Of a DNA stretch of 64,000 nt, positions 51,501 to 60,600 are shown in pieces. The notes under the pieces were generated by a model. That model did not search any database, was not told the origin of the DNA, and saw only the letters and a program-made list of their open reading frames with translations. Position 1 is the stretch's first letter. Each line of letters begins with the position of its first letter. Both the position numbers and the translations under genes were made by a program. Source of the DNA: Candidatus Eiseniibacteriota bacterium (GTDB taxonomy: Bacteria; Eisenbacteria; RBG-16-71-46); the NCBI GenBank assembly GCA_031370785.1, contig JANMQY010000030.1:1-64000 (forward strand). Direction: 5' to 3'.

Positions 51501-53047
51501 CTGCGCCCGTCCTCGGCCGGGCCTTCGCTGCTGAACGACGCCTTCACACCCGAGGCGGCGCCGTTCTGCGTCGCGCCCACGCTGACGCAGTTCTTCGCGA
51601 CCGCCGGTGAGCCGACCTGCGCCGCGGTGAAGGTGTTGCCGTTGGAGAAGAAGATCGTGAAGTCCTTGTGGTCCCACATGAACTGATCGACCGTCATCGC
51701 GTTGACGTCGTAATTGTTCGAGGCCGCGCCCCAGGAGTTGGACGACACGCGCGCCGCGCCGCCGGGATTGCCGAGGTAGGGCGGTTCGAACAGCAGATTC
51801 AGATCGCCCGGGGCGGTGATCGAGTTGGTGTCGTTGCCGGCGTCGGTGAAGAAGATCTTGGCCTTCATCGCCTGCCCGTCGCGCAGATCGGCAGCGAACG
51901 GAGAGTCGTCGCCGCAGATCGTGCCCGCGGTGTGCGTGCCGTGGAACGACGCGCCCGACACGTCGCCGAACCGGATTCCCGGAAGCGCGGCGCGGTAGGC
52001 GATGATCTTGCGGTGCGTCGGGAAGTCGCCGAAGGTCGTGATCGGCACCGCATTGTCGCGGAACTGGTTGTGCGAGGTCCGGATTCCGCTGTCCGAAGTG
52101 TGCACCACCTGCCCTTCTCCGTGCAGACCCATGTCCCAGACACGGCGGCTGTTGGTGACGTTGGTCTGTACCACCCACTGCGCGGTTGAATTGTTGAGCA
52201 CCGGCTGGTGATAGGGCTCGACCCACGCCACGTCGCTGCGCGACGCGATCGCCGGCGCCAGCGCGGCATCGATCGTGACCCGCACGATCTTGTTCCGACC
52301 CGAGTCGGTGGCTTCGACGATCGATCCGCCCAACGCTTCGATGGCGCCGCGTTCGGCGGCGAGATCGGCGTCCGGGAACAGCAGGACCACCAGCGTGGTC
52401 GCGCCAATCAGCGAGTTCGACTCCGAGCTGAGTTTGTAGGCCGGCTGATAGGCGCCGACCCAGCGCACGAACGAGAGGCCCTCGAACCGGGCGCGAGCCG
52501 CATCGCTCATGCGCACGAGGAACGTATAGCGCGGAAGGTAGGAGACGACAGTGGCGCCCGCCGCCTCGAGCTGCTCGCGCTGACCCGTCTGGATCGGCCC
52601 CGCGAACTGAACGAGATAGCTGCTCCTCTCGCCGACGGATGACTCCGTGGAGGTGAGACTCGAAACCGCCGCCGGCTCGCCGTCGCGAAGTGGATCGAAG
52701 CGGATCCCGTTGCCGAGCTGAATCTCGCCAGCGTCCGGGTACGCCGCGACCTGCTGCGTTCCGCGGCCGGCGCTGACGATCATGTCTCTCGCGGAGGTGC
52801 GGCCGGTCGAGACCACCGCGGGCGCAGCGCCCGATGGCCGAGCGGTGGCGTCGCGTGCCGCGGATGCCGGGCTTGCGGACGCCTGTGTGTCGCGACCGCC
52901 GTCCGGTTGCGGAGCCGGACGTGCGCCATAGGCGAGCGTGGCTGCGAGTGCCAGGCACGCGATGGTGGCGGCCGGTGGGATGAGCCGGCGTGCCCGAAGG
53001 GGCACAGAATGGAGTTGGGTCCTATGGGTGGGAACGCGCGGCTTCAT
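48506..53047 (-). CDS. Secreted S8 subtilase (KP-43-like) with FN3-like and C-terminal FlgD Ig-like domains
   Basis: SDSG, HGTHTAG, SNGN and GTSMASP motifs; tail ALEQNAPNP...WDRRDDSGRQVPSGVYFYRL. Confidence 0.9.
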   Translation of the reverse strand: MKPRVPTHRTQLHSVPLRARRLIPPAATIACLALAATLAYGARPAPQPDGGRDTQASASPASAARDATARPSGAAPAVVSTGRTSARDMIVSAGRGTQQVAAYPDAGEIQLGNGIRFDPLRDGEPAAVSSLTSTESSVGERSSYLVQFAGPIQTGQREQLEAAGATVVSYLPRYTFLVRMSDAARARFEGLSFVRWVGAYQPAYKLSSESNSLIGATTLVVLLFPDADLAAERGAIEALGGSIVEATDSGRNKIVRVTIDAALAPAIASRSDVAWVEPYHQPVLNNSTAQWVVQTNVTNSRRVWDMGLHGEGQVVHTSDSGIRTSHNQFRDNAVPITTFGDFPTHRKIIAYRAALPGIRFGDVSGASFHGTHTAGTICGDDSPFAADLRDGQAMKAKIFFTDAGNDTNSITAPGDLNLLFEPPYLGNPGGAARVSSNSWGAASNNYDVNAMTVDQFMWDHKDFTIFFSNGNTFTAAQVGSPAVAKNCVSVGATQNGAASGVKASFSSEGPAEDGRRKPTICAPGDGVTPLSGISSANGANDTGYKGLAGTSMASPTAAGAATLIRQYLTDGWYPTGAPNPANGFIPSAALIKAMSISSTDDDMPGHALPDNAVGWGRMKLDNALFFPGDAIRTALVDDNAGLTTGQYAEYQLYVTNTSVPLKITLCWTDREGNPASLTQLVNDLDLTVTDPNGVSYLGNVLTNSQSVPGGTADILNVEEGVRLNVPFAGRWTIRVGGTNVPFGPQPFAIAATGGVGNVSGLLSLDRHVYGRDDQIQVRVDDADAVGPVTVSVSSSTESTPEALTLSGGGGVFTGSIATTWLQPSGDGKVSVSHGDAVTVSYSDAAPAGVVSATASVDFDGPVITGVGATERGETQLVGWATNVQASSRVYYGTTQALGQATQAYPELVLSHAVLLSGLQPETEYFYDVESKDQGGNLTRDDNGGSHYRFVSGRRGDILVVIGDGSFPATNTYVDALLERGWNPAVLEGGTITNPLVGNRNAGLRSFTAVWWQVGQEQYPPVPDAARDSLDRLMAGGARLAMNGHDIAWAFTDPASGQYTPARKAWLQNTLHARFLEDPAAWVVNQGVATDPISDPYVAGVPYVGHRQGASGDEIELVPGSGTGAYVWRNTDATPDNIALRWESATPNGNASDAVWGGTPSKLLYNAFEWAQLVNVADRVDILDRSLVWLIGNDHPDVTVASPNGGEVIADSTIPVSWTEAPHGSATIAARSIRYSADGGRSWQLVTANAGASPYAWDVSGLTNGGTYRARVDVADNGSPSLNGRDASDGDFAIQRAGGDIAGPVVVAGSVRTNPNPMNNETVSTLFARVSDLATGGSRVNGAEWSQGVQPAPAGRGMWMDGTFEDGDVEVSGVIRVRILPAGAITLWVRGRDEAGNWGPASPRTFDVNGNPNVSVDGDVPVRFALEQNAPNPVAGAGTLIRYALPRSGRVELTVFGVRGERIRTVTSEFQPAGRRAILWDRRDDSGRQVPSGVYFYRLQLGNQHATRKMVVMN

Positions 53048-53296
53048 GACGACCTCCTTGGGCCTGGAAGCAGAAGCTGGTCGGCATGGCGTCCGACGCC
53101 ACGGGCGAAAGCTCGCGACGCCGAGAACCCAGCCATGTGCTCCGAAGCATCGAGGAGTCGGCTTGAGAACGGCTTGAGTGGCGGAGGTCGAGTGAGGGGG
53201 CCGGGCGCAACACACCGGACCTAGCCTGCTCCAGCACCGCGAGTTGGCGCGGGCGCGAGCTTCAGCCAGTCGAGGTCGGCGACATCACGCCAACCT

Positions 53297-53620
53297 CTAA
53301 CGCGCGCGGTCGTCGCCTTCGAACATGAAGCCGGCCCAGTAGTAGGGATGGACCGTTCGGCCCTCGGCGCGGCGCGCGAGCAGCATCGTCTGCGACGCGC
53401 GCCGGGCCGCGGCGGCGCCGTCGAGCCCGAGCCGGAAACGCGCGTCGTACAGTTCGCGCATCCACGCTGCGGTCGCTGTCCGCGGGATCCTTCGCGGTGG
53501 CTCGCAGATTGGCGCCGGCGAGCGCGAGGCCCGCGCGCAGCAGCGGCTGGCGCGCCGCGAGGGCGACCGCCTCCTCGCTGCGTGCACTTCGGAGGGCCCG
53601 CGCGAAGAGTTCTTCGACGC
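53297..53620 (-). pseudogene. CHAT (caspase-like) domain C-terminal remnant
   Basis: PLLRAGLALAGAN in one frame; TAAWMRELY...HPYYWAGF in another. Confidence 0.7.
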
Positions 53621-53801
53621 GGCGACCTGCCTTGCCGGCATTCTGATCCCCGCCGATGTGCTGACACCCGGAGACTACCGACTCGAAGTCCGTCCGAGCA
53701 CCGCTGCGCCACCGGCCTTCACGAGCTGGTTCCGCGTGTTGCCTGCCCGCGCCGGACCGTGAGGTCGGTGGCCGCGGCAACGGGGCTCCCCGCGCGCGCT
53801 C

Positions 53802-53837
53802 CCAAGAGAAAGGGCGGCGTCCGAAAGGACGCCGCCC
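53802..53837 (-). terminator. Intrinsic terminator after the PA-domain metallopeptidase
   Basis: 11-bp stem GGGCGGCGTCC / GGACGCCGCCC followed by TTTCTCTT on the minus strand. Confidence 0.8.
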
Positions 53838-53877
53838 CTCTCCGCGCGAGGCCCGCGCGGTGCTTCGACTGCCTCGA

Positions 53878-55857
53878 TCAGCGCATGAACGCCACGCGCT
53901 GCGTGGTCACACCTTCCGACGTCCCGAGCGAGATGAAGTACACGCCTGCCGGCACGCCGATCATGCGATCGGTCTTGCCATCCCAATTGCGCGTGTACTC
54001 GCCGGGGAGCATCATCCCCTCGTGGATCGTGCGGATCCGGCGTCCGGTCGCGTCCGCGACCGTGAGCCGCACGAACTCGGGGCGGCCGATGCGGAACACC
54101 ACCGACGTGCCATTCGAGGCCGGATTCGGAGAAGGCGCGCTCAGCATCGCGCGTCCCGTGAACAGCGCGAGGCGGCTCGCCGAGGCCAGCCCCATGTAGG
54201 ACGTGTCTCCGGCGCGGTCCGTCACCCGCAGGCGGTAGAAGTAGTTCGTGCCCGGCTGAGCCCCGGTGTCGAGCGCGAGAGTGGCCTGGCCCTCGGAGCT
54301 CAATTCGGTCTGGATCGGGCCCCACGGTCCTGGCTCCGCGATCGCGCGCTCCACGGTGATCCCGATCACGTCGGACGGATCGCCGAACTGCCAGCGCAGC
54401 AGGACGCCATCGCTCCGGCCTTCGGCGACGAACTGCGCGAGCGTCGTCGCCGTCGCGAAGTCGAACCACCCGATGTCCTCGAAGTGGTAGCGCGTGAGAT
54501 CCACGCTGTCGTGGAGGTCGTTGTTGATGGCCGGTTCCATCAGCGCGTTCGGCAACATCGAGACGTCCCAGTGGGACACCGACGAGCCGCTCGCGAATGG
54601 ATTCGGGGCGTACATCAGCGGATGACCGGCGTTGTCGGCACCCGCCTTGTTCACCGGATCGAGATTGAGCGTCACGTTCACGCCCGAGCCGAGATTCGCC
54701 TTGATGGCATTGCCATCGGCCTGCGAGATGCCGACGGACGGGATCGTGATGGTGGGATCCGAGCCGCCCATGCCCGGCAGGCCGGCCGCGACGTTGTTCG
54801 CGATGATCACGCCGATCGCGCCCGCGTTCTGCGCGGCCTTCACCTTGATCACGAACGTGCACGTGCCGCGGTCGATGAGCGCGATGTTGCCGCTGATCGC
54901 CGCTGCGTTGGCGGCCGGCTCGCACCCGTCGTTGATGTTCGGGGCGACGCCGTCGTCATAGAGCACGACGTTGCCGGTGAGACCGCTCGCCGTGATCGCC
55001 GGCCCGAAGGACGCCGCCTGCACGGCATAACTGCCGGCGATGACGCCGGGTGAATTGATGAGCATGCGCGGACGCTGCGTCAGGTAGGAGCCCGCGGCCG
55101 TAACCGCCGCCGCACCGTCCCACACCAGTCCATTCACGCTGATCGCCGACGCCACCCGCTGCGCCGGGGTCTCCTGGTCCCAGTGAAGGCCCGTGGCGTT
55201 GTCCAGAAGGTACTTGTCGAAGATGCTCGGGAACGAGCTGTTGTAGTTGCCGCTCGACCCGCTGGTGGTGGTGCTGAAGCCGAGGCCGTGCCCGATTTCG
55301 TGGAGCACGACCGGGAGGAGCTCGATGTTGGCGCCCTCGAGGCCGTCGTAGCCGTAGTACCAGTAGATCGGAGGAGAGCCGAAGCATCCGGTATCGATGC
55401 TCAAGTTGAACGTGGCGTTGATGTCGGGATTGGTGGGGCTTAGATCCGCGAAAAAGAGCCGGTTCGCGAGCGACTGGTGGTACCAGTGGCCTGCAACCAG
55501 CGCGCCCGCGAAGTCGCGATGGATCGTGGTCGGCCCGGCGCTGCCCAGCACCGCGCTGGTGGGAGTACAGGTCTGTGCCGCGAACTGCGCCCGCACCAGG
55601 ATCGGGACCGTGCTGGGCAATATTCCGCCCCAGATGTTCGCCGCGTACTGGAACACGTTCAGTCGTTGTTGCCCGAGCGTGGTGCCCGGGTTGCCGCCGA
55701 CCGGCGCGACCGGGGTGGGATCGTTGAAGCCCACGCCCGGGAGGTTGTTATTGACGATGGTAATCGTCGCGGCGCCAGCCGATCCGAATACGAGCGCGAG
55801 CGACGATGCGAATAGCAGCGGCAGGACGCCGAGCGAGATGCCTTTCGTGGTCGCCAT
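53878..55857 (-). CDS. Secreted zinc metallopeptidase with inserted PA domain and FlgD Ig-like tail
   Basis: HEIGHGLG, IALIDRGTCTFVIK (PA domain), GSSVSHWD, LMEP; tail PSPNP...WDGK...AGVYF. Confidence 0.88.
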   Translation of the reverse strand: MATTKGISLGVLPLLFASSLALVFGSAGAATITIVNNNLPGVGFNDPTPVAPVGGNPGTTLGQQRLNVFQYAANIWGGILPSTVPILVRAQFAAQTCTPTSAVLGSAGPTTIHRDFAGALVAGHWYHQSLANRLFFADLSPTNPDINATFNLSIDTGCFGSPPIYWYYGYDGLEGANIELLPVVLHEIGHGLGFSTTTSGSSGNYNSSFPSIFDKYLLDNATGLHWDQETPAQRVASAISVNGLVWDGAAAVTAAGSYLTQRPRMLINSPGVIAGSYAVQAASFGPAITASGLTGNVVLYDDGVAPNINDGCEPAANAAAISGNIALIDRGTCTFVIKVKAAQNAGAIGVIIANNVAAGLPGMGGSDPTITIPSVGISQADGNAIKANLGSGVNVTLNLDPVNKAGADNAGHPLMYAPNPFASGSSVSHWDVSMLPNALMEPAINNDLHDSVDLTRYHFEDIGWFDFATATTLAQFVAEGRSDGVLLRWQFGDPSDVIGITVERAIAEPGPWGPIQTELSSEGQATLALDTGAQPGTNYFYRLRVTDRAGDTSYMGLASASRLALFTGRAMLSAPSPNPASNGTSVVFRIGRPEFVRLTVADATGRRIRTIHEGMMLPGEYTRNWDGKTDRMIGVPAGVYFISLGTSEGVTTQRVAFMR

Positions 55858-55860
55858 GGC

Positions 55861-56400
55861 CTAACGCTCCTCCGGCTGGGGGACGACGGCGTTGGTGGCC
55901 GGGACCTGCGTGGGATTCTGCACGCACTTCACGACGCGCTTGCCCGAGGGAGTCATCTGGACGACGTAGTACTCCTGGAAGCGGCCCTGGAGGTCCACCA
56001 TGTAGGAGCCATCCGCAAGCCGGACCTGGACCAGACCTTCGTCCGAGTCGTTGAGCAGATTGATGCCGCCGACCGGTTCCGCGCCGGCGGGTGGGGGACC
56101 GATCGTGCCGGTCTCGGGATCCTGATAGATGCGCAAGCCGGCGTCGGCCGGAGCGGAAGCAACCTCTGGCGTGCTGGTCGGCTTCGTGCGTGTCGCCTGC
56201 GTGGCCGCGGCGCGGGCCGGTGACTGGGCCACGGTTGCGAGCTGCGGCGTCGAAATCGGTGCCGGCGTCGTGGCGATCGCGTCGGCCGGACGGGGCGTCG
56301 CTCCTGCATCGGCGCGGTGTCCTGCGCCGCGTACGAACGTCGCAGCCACGGCGAGCACGAACAGCAGCAACAGCAAACGGATCGTAGCAATTCGTTTCAT
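55861..56400 (-). CDS. Small secreted protein (post-PEP-CTERM-1-like domain)
   Basis: Signal peptide, Pro/Thr/Ala linker, GLRIYQDPETG...SDEGL...DGSYMVDLQGRFQ. Confidence 0.7.
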   Translation of the reverse strand: MKRIATIRLLLLLFVLAVAATFVRGAGHRADAGATPRPADAIATTPAPISTPQLATVAQSPARAAATQATRTKPTSTPEVASAPADAGLRIYQDPETGTIGPPPAGAEPVGGINLLNDSDEGLVQVRLADGSYMVDLQGRFQEYYVVQMTPSGKRVVKCVQNPTQVPATNAVVPQPEER

Positions 56401-56697
56401 GGGGCGGCTCCTCGCTGAGGTAGAGGCAACTGCGCGGGCGAGAGACGAAATAGTAGTCCGTCCCCACGGCGGATTACACGCAAGAAACGAAGACCGTTCG
56501 TTCGAAATGCGGCCGGCATGAATTTCCGCACCATGGTTCGGCCGGGACCGTTTACCGCGGTCGAACGGGCGCGGGGCCCAATCCGGCGGCCGCAATGGGC
56601 GCCGGGGCCAACCCAGCGGCCGCGCCGGGCCGATCGGCTGCGGGGTGGGGTGGTGACGCGGCTATTCGAGTCGTCGGCATACCGCGGTCCGAGCGAC

Positions 56698-56883
56698 ATG
56701 GTCGTGAATTCCCAGGGCCGGCTGGTGACGACGCCGGTCAACGGTTTCGAGAGCGGCGGCACGCACACGCTCACCTGGAGCGGCAGAGACGCATCGGGCG
56801 CGCGCCTCGCGCACGGCATCTACTTCGCGAGCCTCGAGGTCGACGGGCGCCGCGAGACGCGCCGCATCGTGCTGACGAACTGA
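56698..56883 (+). pseudogene. Orphan FlgD Ig-like tail fragment
   Basis: NSQGRLVTT...GTHTLTWSGRDASGARLAHGIYFASL; no signal peptide or gene body. Confidence 0.65.
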
Positions 56884-56890
56884 AGGCGGG

Positions 56891-56915
56891 GCGGGGCGCA
56901 GGCCGCGCGCCCCGC
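56891..56915. terminator. Hairpin between convergent reading frames
   Basis: GCGGGGCGC-N7-GCGCCCCGC. Confidence 0.45.
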
Positions 56916-56931
56916 TGAACTGCGGCCGAGG

Positions 56932-57672
56932 CTAGAGCCGCACGAGAATCGCGGCGCGCAGCGTCCGCGCCTGGAACACCACACCGGAGTTTCGGACCTT
57001 GTGGCTGTCACCGTAGCCGCGGGATCCGGGGAAGTCCCTCGTGAAGGTCAGCCGTTCGGACCGGTAGAGCAGTGCCTGCTCGAACTCCGCGATCGCATCG
57101 ATCTTCGATGTGAGTGGCCACCGGACACCCACCGCGCCGGCGAGGCCGGCACGAAGCGTCGATGCGATCTGATCCAGAGTTCCGGTGTAGCTGAGCGTCA
57201 TCGAGTCCGCGACATACTCCGCGTGCGTGACGACCTGCCGATTATGGCGGCGCGACCATCCGACCAGCGGTCCGATACCCCACGTGAATCGAACCTCATG
57301 CGAATCATCGTGCTGGCTCAATCGGAGCGCGGTGACCGCATAGTCCGAGAGATTCGTGAGCGACTCGCCCCCCTCGGTGATGACGTAAGGTCCCGGAAAG
57401 AAGTAATCCCGATAGGTATTGGTTCCGCTCTCGGCGTTCTGATAAAGACCGAAACCGAACCGCCATGCCCGTCGGCCATCCACGCTCTCGTGCTGGAGCG
57501 TGAGGTCGGGGCCGCGCATACCCTCGAGTGCATCGCCTTGAGACCAACCGAAACCCATGGACCAGAGGTGCGAGGCAGCCGGCGTCTCAGCCTCGTCCGC
57601 TCGCACGGTCGGGCCCGATATGGTGAGCAGGCAGGTGAGCAAAATCAGACGAGAGCGCAGGCGGCAGGACAT
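56932..57672 (-). CDS. Putative outer-membrane beta-barrel protein
   Basis: Signal peptide ending VRA; amphipathic strands (WRFGFGL, FTWGIGPLVG, GVRWPL). Confidence 0.65.
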   Translation of the reverse strand: MSCRLRSRLILLTCLLTISGPTVRADEAETPAASHLWSMGFGWSQGDALEGMRGPDLTLQHESVDGRRAWRFGFGLYQNAESGTNTYRDYFFPGPYVITEGGESLTNLSDYAVTALRLSQHDDSHEVRFTWGIGPLVGWSRRHNRQVVTHAEYVADSMTLSYTGTLDQIASTLRAGLAGAVGVRWPLTSKIDAIAEFEQALLYRSERLTFTRDFPGSRGYGDSHKVRNSGVVFQARTLRAAILVRL

Positions 57673-57674
57673 GG

Positions 57675-60600
57675 CTACTCCCCGGCCATCTGCACCAGCG
57701 GCGGCGGCACCACGCCCGCCTGCTGCGCGGCCTTCGCGACCTTGAGCGGGACCAGCTTCGCGAACGCTTCGGAGAAGTGCCAGCGCTTCCACACACCTTC
57801 GAGGCGTAACGTGAGGTGCTCGCCCTCGATGCGCAGCGGAATGCCGCGGCGCCTGGCTTCGCGCGAGAGCAGCGGCGCGACGTCACGGGTCCACTCCTCG
57901 GGCGAGGTCGCGGTCAGTACGTTGCCGCGATATTGCGCCGGATCGAGCTTCACCTCGGGGTCGAACACGAACACGCGCCCGGCGGCCGCGCCCGACATGA
58001 AGAACTTGGCGGAGTAGGGCCGGGGCCTGAGCGAGAGCTCGCCCTTCGCATCGGGCTTCCGCAGGCCCATCACGATGTGCAGCGAGTTGTCGCCGCCCGA
58101 CATCAGGTACTCGAATGCGTACTCGTTGGGCGAGCCGAAGTGAACGGTCTTGAGCCCGGGCGCCGGGGTCTTGCCGTCGGCGAGGAACACCTTGTTCTGT
58201 CCGGCCACCGCGAAGCGCGAGCCCGAGTCCCACAGGCTGATCGTGCCGCCGTGCGCCGAGTACATGCTGGTGTTGAGTACGTCCTGCAGCACGAACAGGT
58301 AACCGGAGTCCGCCTTCATGCCCTGGTGGCTCTGCCCCTGTCCGTACAGCCAGATCTCGGCGCCCTCGAGCAGCGCGCCGATGAAGTCGCCGAACTCGCG
58401 CCCGTAGAGCTCGATCGTGACGCCCTTCGCCGGGCTGCTGTCCGGATTCGCCAGGTTCGTTCCCACGTAGCGCGGGCCACCGATGAAGTCGTAGCCGATC
58501 AGGTTCTTCCACCCGAGGCGCACCGCTTCGCTCACGATCCGCGAAGCGGAGTTGAGCCCGAACGACTCGCTCGCGAACCCGGCGAAGTCGATGACGAGCA
58601 CATCGCGCACCGGATCGTTGGGCGACGCCAGATCGTCGCGCGTGTCGAGCGTGAGCCGGCCGTAGCGCCCGACGCCGCGAGTCGGATGCGACAGCACATC
58701 GAACAGCAACGGCAACTGGTCGAGGATGCGGTAGAGCCCGCCCTCAGCCTCTCCCATCCCGCCACCCTCTGGCGCCGCTTTGCGTCCGCCGTCCGTCAGG
58801 TACTCGACGCTCGAGAGCGCCTTGCCGCCCAGATCGCAGAAGGCGAGTCGCTTGCGCAGCTCGGTGAGAATGCGGATCGCCGCCGGGCGGCGCGGATCGC
58901 TGTCGTGCGCAAAGGCGGGCAGCGCGACTTCGGCCAGCCAGCGCAGGCTCTCGAAGCTGAGCGCCTTTGCACCTCCGAGCACGGAATCGATCAGCTCGTT
59001 GGCCGGTGGTGGCAGCAGGTCGTCGGGCCCGAACATGCGCTTCGCGCTCATCGCGCCTGCGCCTTCCAGCGTTCGCGCGAGTTGTGAGAGGCGCTCCTCG
59101 ACCATCGCGCGCCACGCGCCATCGGCGCGCTCGGCTACCTCTTCGAGCGGAGCGAAGAGATCCACCTTGGCGCCCGCGCGCTCGACCAGCACCGGTTCGC
59201 CGAAGCGGTTGCGCAGATCGATCGTGCCGCTGCCGGGCTCAGTGAATGCTTCGAACACTCCGCCATGTTCGCGGCGTTGCGGGTTTCCTCCCGGGCGCAT
59301 GCTGAAGCGCAGGTCGGCGGCCGCATCGCCGAGGATCCCTTGCTGGTGCAGCACGCGCAGCATGCTGTCCGCGATCTTGGCCTCGCTCCCGTTCGCCACG
59401 GCGCGCACGCCGCCGGCCGCGGAGTCGTGAGTCACGATGATCTCGTGCGGCCTCAGGAACTTGATGTCCATGTTCTCGCGGAAGCCGACCACGCGCGTCT
59501 CCGCGCCGCCGCCGGTGGGCACGCGCCGCGACTCGACGATCGTGAACTTGTACGGGCCGGTCGGAGTGAGCTGCACGTAGTTGGTCATGAGCAGGCGCAG
59601 CTTCGCCCTTCGATCCTCGTCCATGCCGGCGAGATCGAAGCCGGTGATCGGCGAGATGATCTGGGAAGCTTCCTCGGTGGTCAGCCCGAGCACGCGCCGC
59701 GTGAAGTCCACGAGGTACGCCGCATACTCGGTGTCGGTCAGCGCCTTTCGCGCGTAGACCGAATCGCCGTGGAATAGCTCGGCGCGTTCGCCCATGCTCG
59801 GATCGACGTGCACGTAGCCGAACTCGTTCAGGAACGGCGAGGTCGAATCGACCGCGACCTGCTCGCCGTTGTGCATGAGCAGCACGTTGTACGCCTTGAA
59901 CGGATGCGCGCCCGCGGGATTGCCGCGGCCTTCGGGGTCGATCGCCGGTGAATTGGTCGGATAGCGATGGTGCATGCCCCACACGTGCGCGTAGAGCGCG
60001 GGCGTGGCGAACGTGTTTCCCTTCACCGTGACCTCGACGCCACCCTTCTCGGCCGCGCCCGGGTAGCCGGCCCAGAATCGATCGAAGTCGAAGTACTCGG
60101 GGATGGTGTGCGTCCAGCCCGAGATCTTGATCGCACCGAGATCCTCGCCCATCGAGACGACGAAGCCGCGGCGCTTGTCCGCATACATCCCTTCGGGCGC
60201 ATCGACCGGCCTGTGCGTGCGGTAGTAGCGCGAGTCCAGGATGTGGGCGAGCGCGGTGAAGTACTCCTCGCGCACATCGGCGATGAAGTCGCGCAGGCGG
60301 CGCCCGGTATCTCCACCGTCGGACCGATCGCCAGCGCGGGATCCGGCCTCCGCGTCGTCGAGCGCCGCCATCAGCGTCTCATCGCTCAGGTCGCCGTACT
60401 TGGTGCGGCGCTGCAGCCAGTGCGTGCTCGCGACCAGCGCCCGCCCATAGCGGCGCTGCACCTCGCGCTTGAGCTCCACGAAGAAGGTGTAGAAGTCGCC
60501 CGGGTTCTCACGCAGGTCCGCCAGTCTCCAGCCGTCCTCGCCGGCGTAGCGTTCGCGCACCGGCAGGCGGAACTCGAAGAGCCGGTCCTGCGCTTCGACC

